From Longivirga aurantiaca (GTDB lineage Bacteria; Actinomycetota; Actinomycetes; S36-B12; CAIYMF01), in contig NZ_JBHSTI010000008.1 of assembly GCF_042660085.1 (NCBI RefSeq), positions 300,001-332,000 on the forward strand: a stretch of DNA of 32,000 nucleotides, given 5' to 3'. The notes beneath the pieces are model-generated. The model had not been told where the DNA came from. It saw nothing but the letters and a program-made list of their open reading frames with translations, and did not search any database. Both the position numbers and the translations under genes were made by a program. This document shows, in pieces, positions 9,307 through 17,407 of this stretch. The first letter of the stretch is position 1; each line of letters opens with the position of its first letter.

Positions 9307-11375
9307 GCGTGACCCAGTCCTCCCTGAACTCCGGTACGAGCGAGTTTCCACACCTGTTCACCCCGCTGCGCATTCGCGGACACGAGCTGCGCAACCGGAT
9401 CGTCTTCCAGCCGCACTTCAACTGCCTGGCGGATGTCCACGGGATGCCGACTCCAGACCTCACCGCCTATCTCGAAGAGCGAGCATGGGGCGGCTCGGGT
9501 CTCATCGTGGACGGCTCGATGGCGACGATGTACGAGGGCCAGATGTCCCGGAAGTACCTCGCGGCCTGGGACGAGCGGTCGGTGGAGGGGAACCGGCGCA
9601 CCACCGACGCGGTGCACGCGCACGGAGCCACGATCTTCGCCCAGCTCAATCATGGCGGCCACACGTCGCTGGAGCACCCCCCGCCGGTGCTGTGGGCGCC
9701 GACGCAGATGCCTGAGCCGTCCAGCGTGCACACGACGAAGGCCATGGATGCGACCGACATGCGCAGGGCGGTCGAAGGGTTCGCCACGTCCGCACGCAAT
9801 CTCGCGGCTGCCGGCTACGACGGTGTCGAGCTGAAGATCGCCCATGACGGGCTGCTCCGCAGCTTCGCCTCCCCGTTCTTCAACCGTCGCACGGACGCAT
9901 ACGGAGGTTCGTTCGAGAACCGGATGCGCTTCCCCCTCGAGTGCGTGGCCGCCGTTCGCGAGAACATGCCCGACGACATGGCGCTGGGCATCCGGATCTG
10001 TCTGCACGAGTACACGCCCTTCGGATACGAGCTCGACTACGGCCTCCGGATGGCCGAGCACCTCGAGGCGAGCGGACTGGTCGACTACTTCAACTGCGAC
10101 GCAGGGTCCTTCTCGAGCTTCTGGATGGAGATCCCGCCGGCCGCCGTGGCGCAGGGGTTCTTCCGGCCGCTGAACCAGGCCCTCAAGGCCCAGTCGGATC
10201 TTCCAGTCGTCGCCTTCGGGAGGATCAAGGACGCCGACCTCGCCGAGCACATGCTGGCTTCCGGCGAAGCGGACATGATCGGCATGGCGCGGCAGCTCAT
10301 CGCCGATCCGGAGACGCCGCGCAAGCTGCTGGAGGGCCGGGCAGGCGAGGTGCGGGCGTGCATCGGCTGCAACGACGGCTGCCTGCACGCGGTGGCGCAG
10401 GAGAAGCCGATCCGCTGCGTGCAGAACCCTGCTGCCGGCCAGGAGCTCCTCTACAGCGAGCGGTTGCTGGTGCACGCATCCCAGCCGCGTACCGTCGTCG
10501 TCGTCGGCGGCGGCCCCGCGGGGCTGAAGGTAGCCGAGATCGCAGCCCGGCGCGGGCACCGTGTGTCGCTGTTCGAGCGCGACACTCAGCTGGGCGGCCA
10601 GGTCCGCCTGGGCTCGCGCCAACCGCACCATCAGGAGTTCGCCGAGGTCGTGCACTACCTCGAAGCAGCCGTCCGGAGGCTCGGCGTCGAGGTGTGGACC
10701 GGCGTCGACGTCGACGCCCAGGGCGTCCTGGACCTCGGGCCGGACGTCGTCGTCGTCGCAACGGGCTCTCAGCCCAACCTGCCCGACTCCGACCGTCGGT
10801 CGCACGCCGACCCGGACGCAGGGGTGGTCGCGCGCGAGCGCGGTCTCACCGTCGGCCCCGAGATTCGAGGTCTCGAGCTGTCGTGCGTCTACTCGGCGGA
10901 TGAGGTCCTTGCCGGCGAGGCCCTTCCCGGGACGCACGTGCTCGTCGTGGACGGCCAGGGGCACTGGGAGGCTGCCGGCACCGTCGAGTTCCTGGCAGCG
11001 GCCGGGCACCAGGTCACCGTCATCACCACGCGGGCGTCGGTCGGCAGCGAGCTCGAGGGGACGAACCACGCGATGTTCATGCAGCGCGTGGGGAAGTCGC
11101 AGATCGTGATGCGGCCGTTCACGGGCCTGCGCGCGGTCGAGCCAGGTCGGGCGCTGCTGATCGACGCCGTGACAGGCGAGGAGTCGTGGCTCGCGGTCGA
11201 CGCCGTCGTCCCGGTGTCCTGGCGGCGCTCGCGCGATGACCTGTTCTACACGCTCCACGACCTGGTGCTGGAGTCCGGTGCAGCGGTCCAGGTCGAGCGG
11301 GTGGGTGACGCCGCCGCCGCACGCATGGTCCAGACGGTCCTTCTCGAGGCGCACCAGATGGGCACGGTCCTGTAG
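9303..11375 (+). CDS. OYE/2,4-dienoyl-CoA reductase/trimethylamine dehydrogenase-like FMN-[4Fe-4S]-FAD oxidoreductase
   Basis: GTG at 9303: MSVTQSSLNSG...FPHLFTPLRIRGHELRNRIVFQPHFN (OYE N-terminal barrel), CIGCNDGCLHAVAQEKPIRCVQNPAAG (Fe-S Cys cluster), TVVVVGGGPAGLKVAEIAARRGHRVSLFERDTQLGGQ (FAD/NAD domain). Confidence 0.88.
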   Translation: MSVTQSSLNSGTSEFPHLFTPLRIRGHELRNRIVFQPHFNCLADVHGMPTPDLTAYLEERAWGGSGLIVDGSMATMYEGQMSRKYLAAWDERSVEGNRRTTDAVHAHGATIFAQLNHGGHTSLEHPPPVLWAPTQMPEPSSVHTTKAMDATDMRRAVEGFATSARNLAAAGYDGVELKIAHDGLLRSFASPFFNRRTDAYGGSFENRMRFPLECVAAVRENMPDDMALGIRICLHEYTPFGYELDYGLRMAEHLEASGLVDYFNCDAGSFSSFWMEIPPAAVAQGFFRPLNQALKAQSDLPVVAFGRIKDADLAEHMLASGEADMIGMARQLIADPETPRKLLEGRAGEVRACIGCNDGCLHAVAQEKPIRCVQNPAAGQELLYSERLLVHASQPRTVVVVGGGPAGLKVAEIAARRGHRVSLFERDTQLGGQVRLGSRQPHHQEFAEVVHYLEAAVRRLGVEVWTGVDVDAQGVLDLGPDVVVVATGSQPNLPDSDRRSHADPDAGVVARERGLTVGPEIRGLELSCVYSADEVLAGEALPGTHVLVVDGQGHWEAAGTVEFLAAAGHQVTVITTRASVGSELEGTNHAMFMQRVGKSQIVMRPFTGLRAVEPGRALLIDAVTGEESWLAVDAVVPVSWRRSRDDLFYTLHDLVLESGAAVQVERVGDAAAARMVQTVLLEAHQMGTVL

Positions 11376-12128
11376 ATGGGGCTGACGATCGCGGTGTGCG
11401 TCAAGCCTGTGCCCGTGAGCACCACCCTCGATCCCCGAACTGGACGCCTCGACCGGACCGGCGCGCATCGCATGAACTCGGTCGACGAGAACGCGGTCGA
11501 GGCCGCCTTGAGCCTCCGCGACGCCGTGGCCGGCAGCGAAGTCGTCGTGGTCGCCGTGGCACCCGATCGGCTCGCCGAGTCACTGCGGCCCGCTCTGGCG
11601 ATGGGCGCGGATAGAGGTCTCTGCGTGTCAGGACCTGAGCTCGAGGGCGCCGACCTGCTGGGCGTCAGTTCGGCTCTCGCGAACGCACTCTCGGGGATGA
11701 GCCCCGATCTGGTGATCTTCGGATCGTGGAGCAGCGACGGGTACGGCGCCATGCTGTGGGCGGCGGTCGGCGAGCGACTCGGGTTACCGGTCGCGTCACG
11801 TGCCGTCCGGTTCGTCCTCGACAACGATCGCTTGACCGTCACACGTCAGATCGAGCAGGGGAGCCAGGTCCTGGAGGTCGAGCTGCCTGCGATCCTGGCT
11901 CTCTCCGGAGAGGTCAACACGCCCCGCTACCCGTCGTTCAAGGACGTCATCGCCGGGAAGAAGAAGCCGATCGACCAGGTCACGGCCACCCCATCGGTGA
12001 TCGCGGCGGGGACGACCGTGCTGTCCGTCGAGCCGGCGCCGCCGCGTGCCCGAGGTGTCGTCATCGAGGACGATGGGCAGGCGCACGAGCGTCTGGTCGA
12101 CTTCCTGGTTCAGCGAGGTCTCGTATGA
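11376..12128 (+). CDS. etfB: Electron transfer flavoprotein beta subunit (FixA-like)
   Basis: 250 aa; ADR... region RMNSVDENAVEAALSLRDAVAGSEVVVVAVAP, MGADRGLCV, GSWSSDGYGAMLWAAVGERLGLPVAS typical of EtfB; starts immediately after the OYE-like gene. Confidence 0.87.
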   Translation: MGLTIAVCVKPVPVSTTLDPRTGRLDRTGAHRMNSVDENAVEAALSLRDAVAGSEVVVVAVAPDRLAESLRPALAMGADRGLCVSGPELEGADLLGVSSALANALSGMSPDLVIFGSWSSDGYGAMLWAAVGERLGLPVASRAVRFVLDNDRLTVTRQIEQGSQVLEVELPAILALSGEVNTPRYPSFKDVIAGKKKPIDQVTATPSVIAAGTTVLSVEPAPPRARGVVIEDDGQAHERLVDFLVQRGLV

Positions 12129-13093
12129 CCTCGCGCGCGCTTGTCCTCGCGGAGCTACGGCGGGGCGCGGTGACGGCGGGGAGCCTCGGTGCGATCGCTG
12201 CAGCCGCCCGCTGTGCGGACGAGGTGGACGTGCTGGTGGTGTCCGGGACGGACGAGGTCGTGGACGACGCGCTCTGCGGGGCCCTCGGTGGCCAGGGCGC
12301 GACGTCGGTGCACAGCGCACTCCTCGATCCGGCTCTGGCCTCGGTGTGCACGGACGTCCTGGACCAGCTCGTGTCTGAGCTGCGACCCGGCATCGTCATC
12401 CTCGAGAGCTCGTCGCTGGCGTCGGACGCCGCGGCGGCGCTGGCTGCTCGTCGCTCCGCCGGCGTGAACTGGGACCTCGTCGGCCTCGAGCGGGACGAGA
12501 CAGGCTCATGGATCGGAACCCGGTTCGCGCTCCAGGACAGCCTGGTGGTGCGGGTCGGTTGGACGACCGAGCTGGCGATCGCCGTCCTGAGGCCAGGGGT
12601 CTTCGAGGCGCGGGATGCGACGGAGGACATGCCTCGCCGGGGAGCTCTGCTTCGGGATGTGCGAAGCAGCACGGCCGGCCGGGTCATCTCCACCGACGGC
12701 GGCGAGTTCGAGTCGTCCGGCCTGGACTCGGCCGACATCGTGGTCTCTGGCGGCCGCGGCGTGGCGACGCGCGAGCAGTTCGCTCTGCTGGAGGAGCTGG
12801 CGGCCCTCCTGGGTGGAGCGCTCGGGGTCAGCATGCCCGTGGTGGACAAGGGCTGGTACCCGCACTCGTACCAGGTCGGTCAGACCGGGCGGACCGTGCG
12901 GCCCCGCGTGTACATCGCCTGCGGGATCTCCGGTGCGATCCAGCACCGGGTCGGCATGGCCAGGTCGGGCACGATCGTGGTCATCAACAGCGACCCCCAG
13001 GCACCTCTGTTCGGTGTCTGCGATTTCGGCATCGTCGGCGATCTCACGCAGGTGGTTCCTCGTCTGACTGCCGCTCTTCGGGACCGAGGCTAG
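12125..13093 (+). CDS. etfA: Electron transfer flavoprotein alpha subunit (FixB-like)
   Basis: ATG at 12125 overlapping the etfB stop; VVSGGRGV..., MPVVDKGWYPHSYQVGQTGRTVRPRVYIACGISGAIQHRVGMARSGTIVVINSDPQAPLFGVCDFGIVGDL is the EtfA FAD-binding signature. The 11726 start in the ORF track is an in-frame run through etfB. Confidence 0.93.
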   Translation: MTSRALVLAELRRGAVTAGSLGAIAAAARCADEVDVLVVSGTDEVVDDALCGALGGQGATSVHSALLDPALASVCTDVLDQLVSELRPGIVILESSSLASDAAAALAARRSAGVNWDLVGLERDETGSWIGTRFALQDSLVVRVGWTTELAIAVLRPGVFEARDATEDMPRRGALLRDVRSSTAGRVISTDGGEFESSGLDSADIVVSGGRGVATREQFALLEELAALLGGALGVSMPVVDKGWYPHSYQVGQTGRTVRPRVYIACGISGAIQHRVGMARSGTIVVINSDPQAPLFGVCDFGIVGDLTQVVPRLTAALRDRG

Positions 13094-13153
13094 CTGGCGA
13101 CCGGCGAGAGGCCCGTGCCGTCGATCCGGCACGGGCCTCTCGTGGTTCGCCAG
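13094..13153. terminator. Bidirectional terminator-like hairpin between convergent etfA and the Gfo/Idh/MocA gene
   Basis: Perfect 16-bp arms 13105-13120 / 13127-13142 (CGAGAGGCCCGTGCCG ... CGGCACGGGCCTCTCG), 6-nt loop, flanked by an outer 7-bp stem CTGGCGA (13094-13100) / TCGCCAG (13147-13153). Confidence 0.8.
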
Positions 13154-13172
13154 GGCCGTCGGTCTGCTCGCC

Positions 13173-14261
13173 CTAGGGGACGTCGACCCACCGACCATGC
13201 TCGGCCGAGTCCAGGACGGCCTGCGTGATCCGCGCCGCGCGAAGGCCGTCGCCGAAGGCGGGCAGCCCATCGACAGCCTCCCCGCGCACGGCGGCGTACA
13301 CGTCGCCGACGAAAGCGTTGAAGCAGTCCTGGTAGCCCTGCGGGTGCCCCGGCGGCAGCGGAGCCAGCAAGGGGGAGGCCGACGGCATCGGGGTGACGCC
13401 GCGAGGCACGACCGTCGCCTGGGAGCGCGCGCCCACCCAGAGGGTCTCCGGCTGCTCCTGATCGAAGGCGATCGACTGGTCAGCGCCGTCCATCGAGAAC
13501 CACAGCCGGTTCTTGCGGCCGGGAGAGACCTGACTGACGACCAGCGAGCCGATGGCGCCCTGGTCCGTCTCGAAGACCACCGTGGCCAGATCCTCTGTCG
13601 TCACCCGGGTCGTCGCGTCCCGGGACTGGATGGCGGTCTTGGTCTGCGCCACCAGCCGGGAGATTCGGTGACCGCTGACGAACTCGACGACATCGCACCA
13701 GTGCACGCCGATGTCGCCGAATGCCCGCGAGGAACCGCCCACAGCGGCATCGACGCGCCAGTTGATGTCGGCGGAGCTCGAGAGCCAGTCCTGCAGGTAC
13801 GACCCGTGCAGCACCCAGAGCGGACCGACGTCCCCGCGCTGCACGCGCATCCGCGCTTCGCGCACGGTCTGGTAGTAGCGGTAGACGAACGGGACGCCGT
13901 TCACCACTCCGTGCCTCGCCGCGAGGTCGACGACCTCCTCGGCGTCGGCCACCGTCGTCGCGAGAGGCTTCTCGCAGATGACGGCCTTGCCCGCCGCCGT
14001 CGCCTTGCGCGCAAGGGCCGCGTGCAGGTTGTTGGGAGTGCAGATGTGGACGACGTCGACATCGTCAGACTCGATGAGAGCCTCGGCCGATGCGGCGGCG
14101 GCGCGGGCTCCCATCCGTGCCGCCGCCGCCATCGCCGCCTCAGGGGTAGCGTCAGCGACGGCTGCAACGATGCCGCCCGAGGCGCGGACCGCCTGAGCGT
14201 GCACATTGCCGATGAAGCCGGCGCCGATGATCCCTGAGCGAACTGCGTCACCCATCGACAT
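13173..14261 (-). CDS. Gfo/Idh/MocA family oxidoreductase (sugar/polyol/inositol-type dehydrogenase)
   Basis: 362 aa; SGIIGAGFIGNVHAQAV, VHICTPNNLHAALARKATAAGKAVICEKPLA, GDIGVHWCDVVEFVSG. Confidence 0.93.
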   Translation of the reverse strand: MSMGDAVRSGIIGAGFIGNVHAQAVRASGGIVAAVADATPEAAMAAAARMGARAAAASAEALIESDDVDVVHICTPNNLHAALARKATAAGKAVICEKPLATTVADAEEVVDLAARHGVVNGVPFVYRYYQTVREARMRVQRGDVGPLWVLHGSYLQDWLSSSADINWRVDAAVGGSSRAFGDIGVHWCDVVEFVSGHRISRLVAQTKTAIQSRDATTRVTTEDLATVVFETDQGAIGSLVVSQVSPGRKNRLWFSMDGADQSIAFDQEQPETLWVGARSQATVVPRGVTPMPSASPLLAPLPPGHPQGYQDCFNAFVGDVYAAVRGEAVDGLPAFGDGLRAARITQAVLDSAEHGRWVDVP

Positions 14262-15408
14262 CGACCCACTGCTGGGTTCGCGACGACTCCAGGATCGCGT
14301 CCGCGACGAGCGAGATCCGGTAGCCGTCCTCGAAGTTGGGCCGCACGGGAGTGCCGTTCACGATGGCGCTCACGAAATCGTACGCCTCGATGATCTTCGT
14401 CTCGCCGTACCCGATACCCAGCGCCGGGATCGGCCAGAGGCCCTCGCCGTACGGGTGAGCAGGTCCGGTGTAGACGGTTCGGAACCCGCGCCTGTCGCTG
14501 GGATCGTCGGCGAAGCACACCTGGAGCTCGTCGCGGCGCTCGTAGTTGAAGAAGAGCGAGCCCAGGGTGCCGTGGATCTCGAACGTGATGAAGTTGTTGC
14601 GGCCGTAGCCGTTGCGGGTGGCCTCGAGCGAGCCGACGGCGCCGTTGGCGAATCGCAGCATCGTGACCATCTCGTCGTCGACATCGACCGGACCGAGCTC
14701 GCCACCGGTGCGCGACGTGCCGAGGGCGTCGCGGCCGCCGGACTGCTTCGGGCGCTCCGGGACGATGGTTCGAGCGATCCCGATCACCGACGTGATGTCG
14801 CCGGCGAGGTATCGCGCGAGGTCGATGATGTGCGTACCGATGTCGCCCACCGCCCCCGAGCCGGCGATCGCGCTCTGGAAGCGCCACGACAGCGGCGACG
14901 CGGGGTCCGCGCTCCAGTCCTGGAGGTACGTGCCGCGGAAGTTGAGGATCTCGCCGATGGCCCCCTCGTCGATGTACTTCTTGGCCAGCGCCACAGCCGG
15001 TGTCCGGCGGTAGTTGAAGGCAACCATGTTGACCACGCCCGCGGCAGAGACGGCGTCCAGCATCGTCTTCGCCTCAGCCGCGTTCCGTGCCAGCGGCTTC
15101 TCGCAGATGATGTGCTTGCCAGCCTCGGCAGCAGCGATGGCCATCTCGGGGTGCAGGTGGTTGGGCGTCGCGATGTCGACGATGTCGATGGAGGGGTCCT
15201 CGATCACGCGGCGCCAGTCGCCCGTGCTCGATTCGAAGCCGAACCGTGCGGCGCCCTCTGCGGCGAGCTCCTCAGTGGCCTCAGCGATCACCGCCCGCAC
15301 CGGGATGGCCGGTGCCGGCCAGAAGAACATGGGCATGGCCGCGTAGGCCAGTGAGTGGGCCTTGCCCATGAAGCCGGCCCCGATGAGGCCTACGCGCAGT
15401 TCTCGCAT
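14248..15408 (-). CDS. Gfo/Idh/MocA family oxidoreductase (second paralogue)
   Basis: From MRELRVGLIGAGFMGKAHSLAYAAM; VDIATPNHLHPEMAIAAAEAGKHIICEKPLARNAAEA; GDIGTHIIDLARYLAGD. The 15444 start adds 12 residues without family support. Confidence 0.92.
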   Translation of the reverse strand: MRELRVGLIGAGFMGKAHSLAYAAMPMFFWPAPAIPVRAVIAEATEELAAEGAARFGFESSTGDWRRVIEDPSIDIVDIATPNHLHPEMAIAAAEAGKHIICEKPLARNAAEAKTMLDAVSAAGVVNMVAFNYRRTPAVALAKKYIDEGAIGEILNFRGTYLQDWSADPASPLSWRFQSAIAGSGAVGDIGTHIIDLARYLAGDITSVIGIARTIVPERPKQSGGRDALGTSRTGGELGPVDVDDEMVTMLRFANGAVGSLEATRNGYGRNNFITFEIHGTLGSLFFNYERRDELQVCFADDPSDRRGFRTVYTGPAHPYGEGLWPIPALGIGYGETKIIEAYDFVSAIVNGTPVRPNFEDGYRISLVADAILESSRTQQWVDVDG

Positions 15409-15494
15409 GCTGTATCTCCGTCCATGAGGGGTAGCTCCGCCCACGGGCCCGCGCGTAGGCGGCCCCGGTGGCGGTGGTCTGGGGTCTTCTTCGG

Positions 15495-16334
15495 TCAGCC
15501 GAGGGTGATGCCGAGTTCGGTGATGATCTGGTCGAGGTGAGCCTTGGATGCCTTGGCCGCCTCGAGGTTGGATCCGGCATACTCATCCAGCTCGACCATG
15601 AGCCAGCTGTCGTAGCCCGTCTCGGTCACGGCTCGCACGATGTCGGTGAAGTCGAGGGTCCCTGCACCGAGCGGGGTCCAGGTGAAGGGATCGGGCTTCC
15701 AGTCCTTCAGGTGGACGTGCTTGATGCGATCGGAGTGCGAGCGGATCATCGCGGCGGGGTCTCCGCCGGCTGCTGCGAGGTGCCCGGTGTCCGGGCACAG
15801 GCCGATCTCGCTCAGGTCCATGATCCGTGCGAGCTCGACCGGGTTCTCGACGATGGTCGTCAGGTGGGGGTGGTACGTCGCGACGAGTCCCCGGTCGGCA
15901 GCCATGCGGTCGACGAGGTCCAGGCCGTTGCCCAGCGCGATGTAGTCCTCGTCGGTGGTGCCGGCGGCACGACGGGCACCTCCACCGACCACGAGCCGCT
16001 CGGCTCCGAACCTGACGGCGAGCTCGATGGCGCGCGAGATCTTGTCCATCTCGTCGGGAAGGATGTCGGCGTAGATGAAGTTCGCGCCGGTGTAGACACT
16101 GACCAGCTCCAGGCCGTTCGCCTCGAGCAGGCCGAGCAGGTCGTCCGGTCGGTCTGCGTACTTGGCCACGTCGCCGTCGAACATCTCGGTGCCGGTGTAG
16201 CCGGCCTCGGCGATGTCACGGGCGGCGTCGGCGATATCGCCCACCCCGCAGTAGAAGAGGTCCTTGATGCTCGTCACGCCGACCGGATGGCCGAGGACGC
16301 CGCCCCAGGTGATCGAGTGGTAGCCGAGCTTCAC
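15495..16334 (-). CDS. Sugar phosphate isomerase/epimerase-like TIM barrel (xylose-isomerase-like/IolE-like)
   Basis: 279 aa; MKLGYHSITWGG, TYHPHLTTIVENPVELA, GLCPDTGHLAAAGGDPAAMIRSHSDRIKHVHLKD, VELDEY; metal-ligand pattern of AP-endonuclease-2 family TIM barrels. Confidence 0.88.
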   Translation of the reverse strand: MKLGYHSITWGGVLGHPVGVTSIKDLFYCGVGDIADAARDIAEAGYTGTEMFDGDVAKYADRPDDLLGLLEANGLELVSVYTGANFIYADILPDEMDKISRAIELAVRFGAERLVVGGGARRAAGTTDEDYIALGNGLDLVDRMAADRGLVATYHPHLTTIVENPVELARIMDLSEIGLCPDTGHLAAAGGDPAAMIRSHSDRIKHVHLKDWKPDPFTWTPLGAGTLDFTDIVRAVTETGYDSWLMVELDEYAGSNLEAAKASKAHLDQIITELGITLG

Positions 16335-16378
16335 GAGGTCTCCTTGTGCTGCAGTGGATGTGTGGGGGCCGTCGGATG

Positions 16379-17299
16379 TCAGCCGACGATGAGTGGTGCG
16401 AGCGTGCGATGAGCGATCTCGAGGCCTGTCTTGACCTTGTCCTCGGTGCCGCCCCAGATCGGGTCCTCATGCTCGACCGACAGCACGCCCTCGAACCCGC
16501 CTTCGTAAAGGGCATCGACGACCGCGGTCCAGTCGACCTGGCCGAGGCCGGGGACGCGATACCGCCACCAGCCGACGTCCCAGGGATCCGGTCGGTCGAT
16601 GGCCTTGCCGGGCCATCCGTACCGGTTGCGCAGTTCCGGGAAGACCTGGATGTCCTTGGCCTGCGCATGCGGGATCCGGTCGATGTAGGGGGTGAGCGCA
16701 GCCACCGGATCGATACCCATCCACACCAGATGCGACGGGTCGTAGTTCAGGTACAGGCCGATCGAGAACATCCACTCCCACAGCTCAGGGGAGTAGGCGA
16801 GGTTGCCGGGGTAGCCGTCGGGGTGCCAGCCCTCCATGACGCAGTTCTCGATCACGAGCTTGACGCCCTTCTCGCCTGCTGAGTCGACGAGGGGCTTGAA
16901 GACCTCCTCCGCCTCCGCGAGGTTCGCCGCGACCGACCGGGAGGGGTCGCGGCCCACGAAGGTCCCGACCGTGGGACAGCCGAGGAGGGCGGCGGCGTCG
17001 ATGCATGCGAGCACGTGCTCGTTGATCGCGGAGCGCTCGGCGGGGTCCGGGTGCAGGTTGTTGTCGTAGAACGCCAGCGAGGACAACGTGAGTCCGGAGG
17101 TGTCGAAGCGCTCCCTGATGTCCTCGGCCGCGGAGCGATCGAGCGTCTCGACGGCGATGTGCGTCGCGGTGAAGGGGCGATTCCCGACGGCAGGCCAGGC
17201 GGCGACCTCGAGGGCCTGGTAGCCCGCAGCGGCCCCCCACTCGATGATGGCATCGAGGGGCTGGTCGGGCAGGCAGGCGGTGAGGAAGCCCAACTTCAT
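16379..17299 (-). CDS. Sugar phosphate isomerase/epimerase-like TIM barrel (second paralogue, YcjR-like)
   Basis: 306 aa; MKLGFLTACLPDQPLDAIIEWGAAAGYQALEVAAWPAV, LVIENCVMEGWHPDGYPGNLAYSPELWEWM, LNYDPSHLVWMGIDPVA, HAQAKDIQVFPE, VLSVEHEDP. Confidence 0.88.
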   Translation of the reverse strand: MKLGFLTACLPDQPLDAIIEWGAAAGYQALEVAAWPAVGNRPFTATHIAVETLDRSAAEDIRERFDTSGLTLSSLAFYDNNLHPDPAERSAINEHVLACIDAAALLGCPTVGTFVGRDPSRSVAANLAEAEEVFKPLVDSAGEKGVKLVIENCVMEGWHPDGYPGNLAYSPELWEWMFSIGLYLNYDPSHLVWMGIDPVAALTPYIDRIPHAQAKDIQVFPELRNRYGWPGKAIDRPDPWDVGWWRYRVPGLGQVDWTAVVDALYEGGFEGVLSVEHEDPIWGGTEDKVKTGLEIAHRTLAPLIVG

Positions 17300-17395
17300 G
17301 ACCCTGTCTCCTTCGCTCGGCAGGCGGGAGCCACTGTAATGTCACTCACCGACAAAAAAAAGTCCCTGAACGGAGAAAGTCCGATGGTTTCCGTC

Positions 17396-17401
17396 TAATA
17401 T
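17396..17401 (+). promoter_or_regulatory. Putative -10 element (TAATAT) driving a leaderless ROK regulator mRNA
   Basis: TAATAT at 17396-17401 with 6 nt to the GTG start at 17408; surrounding intergenic DNA is unusually AT-rich for this genome. No good -35 found. Confidence 0.5.
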
Positions 17402-17407
17402 GGCGCC

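Noticed and set aside
9111-11468. 785-aa antisense ORF opposite the OYE-like and etfB genes, and similar long antisense ORFs (for example 463-1677, 4820-6121, 20801-22612, 22362-24107, 25914-28580, 28046-29491)
   Set aside because: They are low-complexity Arg/Ala/Gly/Pro/His-rich reading frames mirrored by the codon bias of genuine genes in high-GC DNA. None shows a recognisable domain, while the opposite strand in each case has clear family motifs.
13094-13153. Long perfect inverted repeat considered as a mobile-element end or novel repeat
   Set aside because: Its position between two convergent stops and its GC-rich short-loop form are fully explained by a bidirectional terminator. The same applies to 25702-25732.
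15409-15494. GC-rich imperfect palindromes (CTCCGCCCACGGGCCCGCGCGTAGGCGG) upstream of the second Gfo/Idh/MocA gene
   Set aside because: Pairing is short and expected by chance at this GC content, so it is not reported as a regulatory element.
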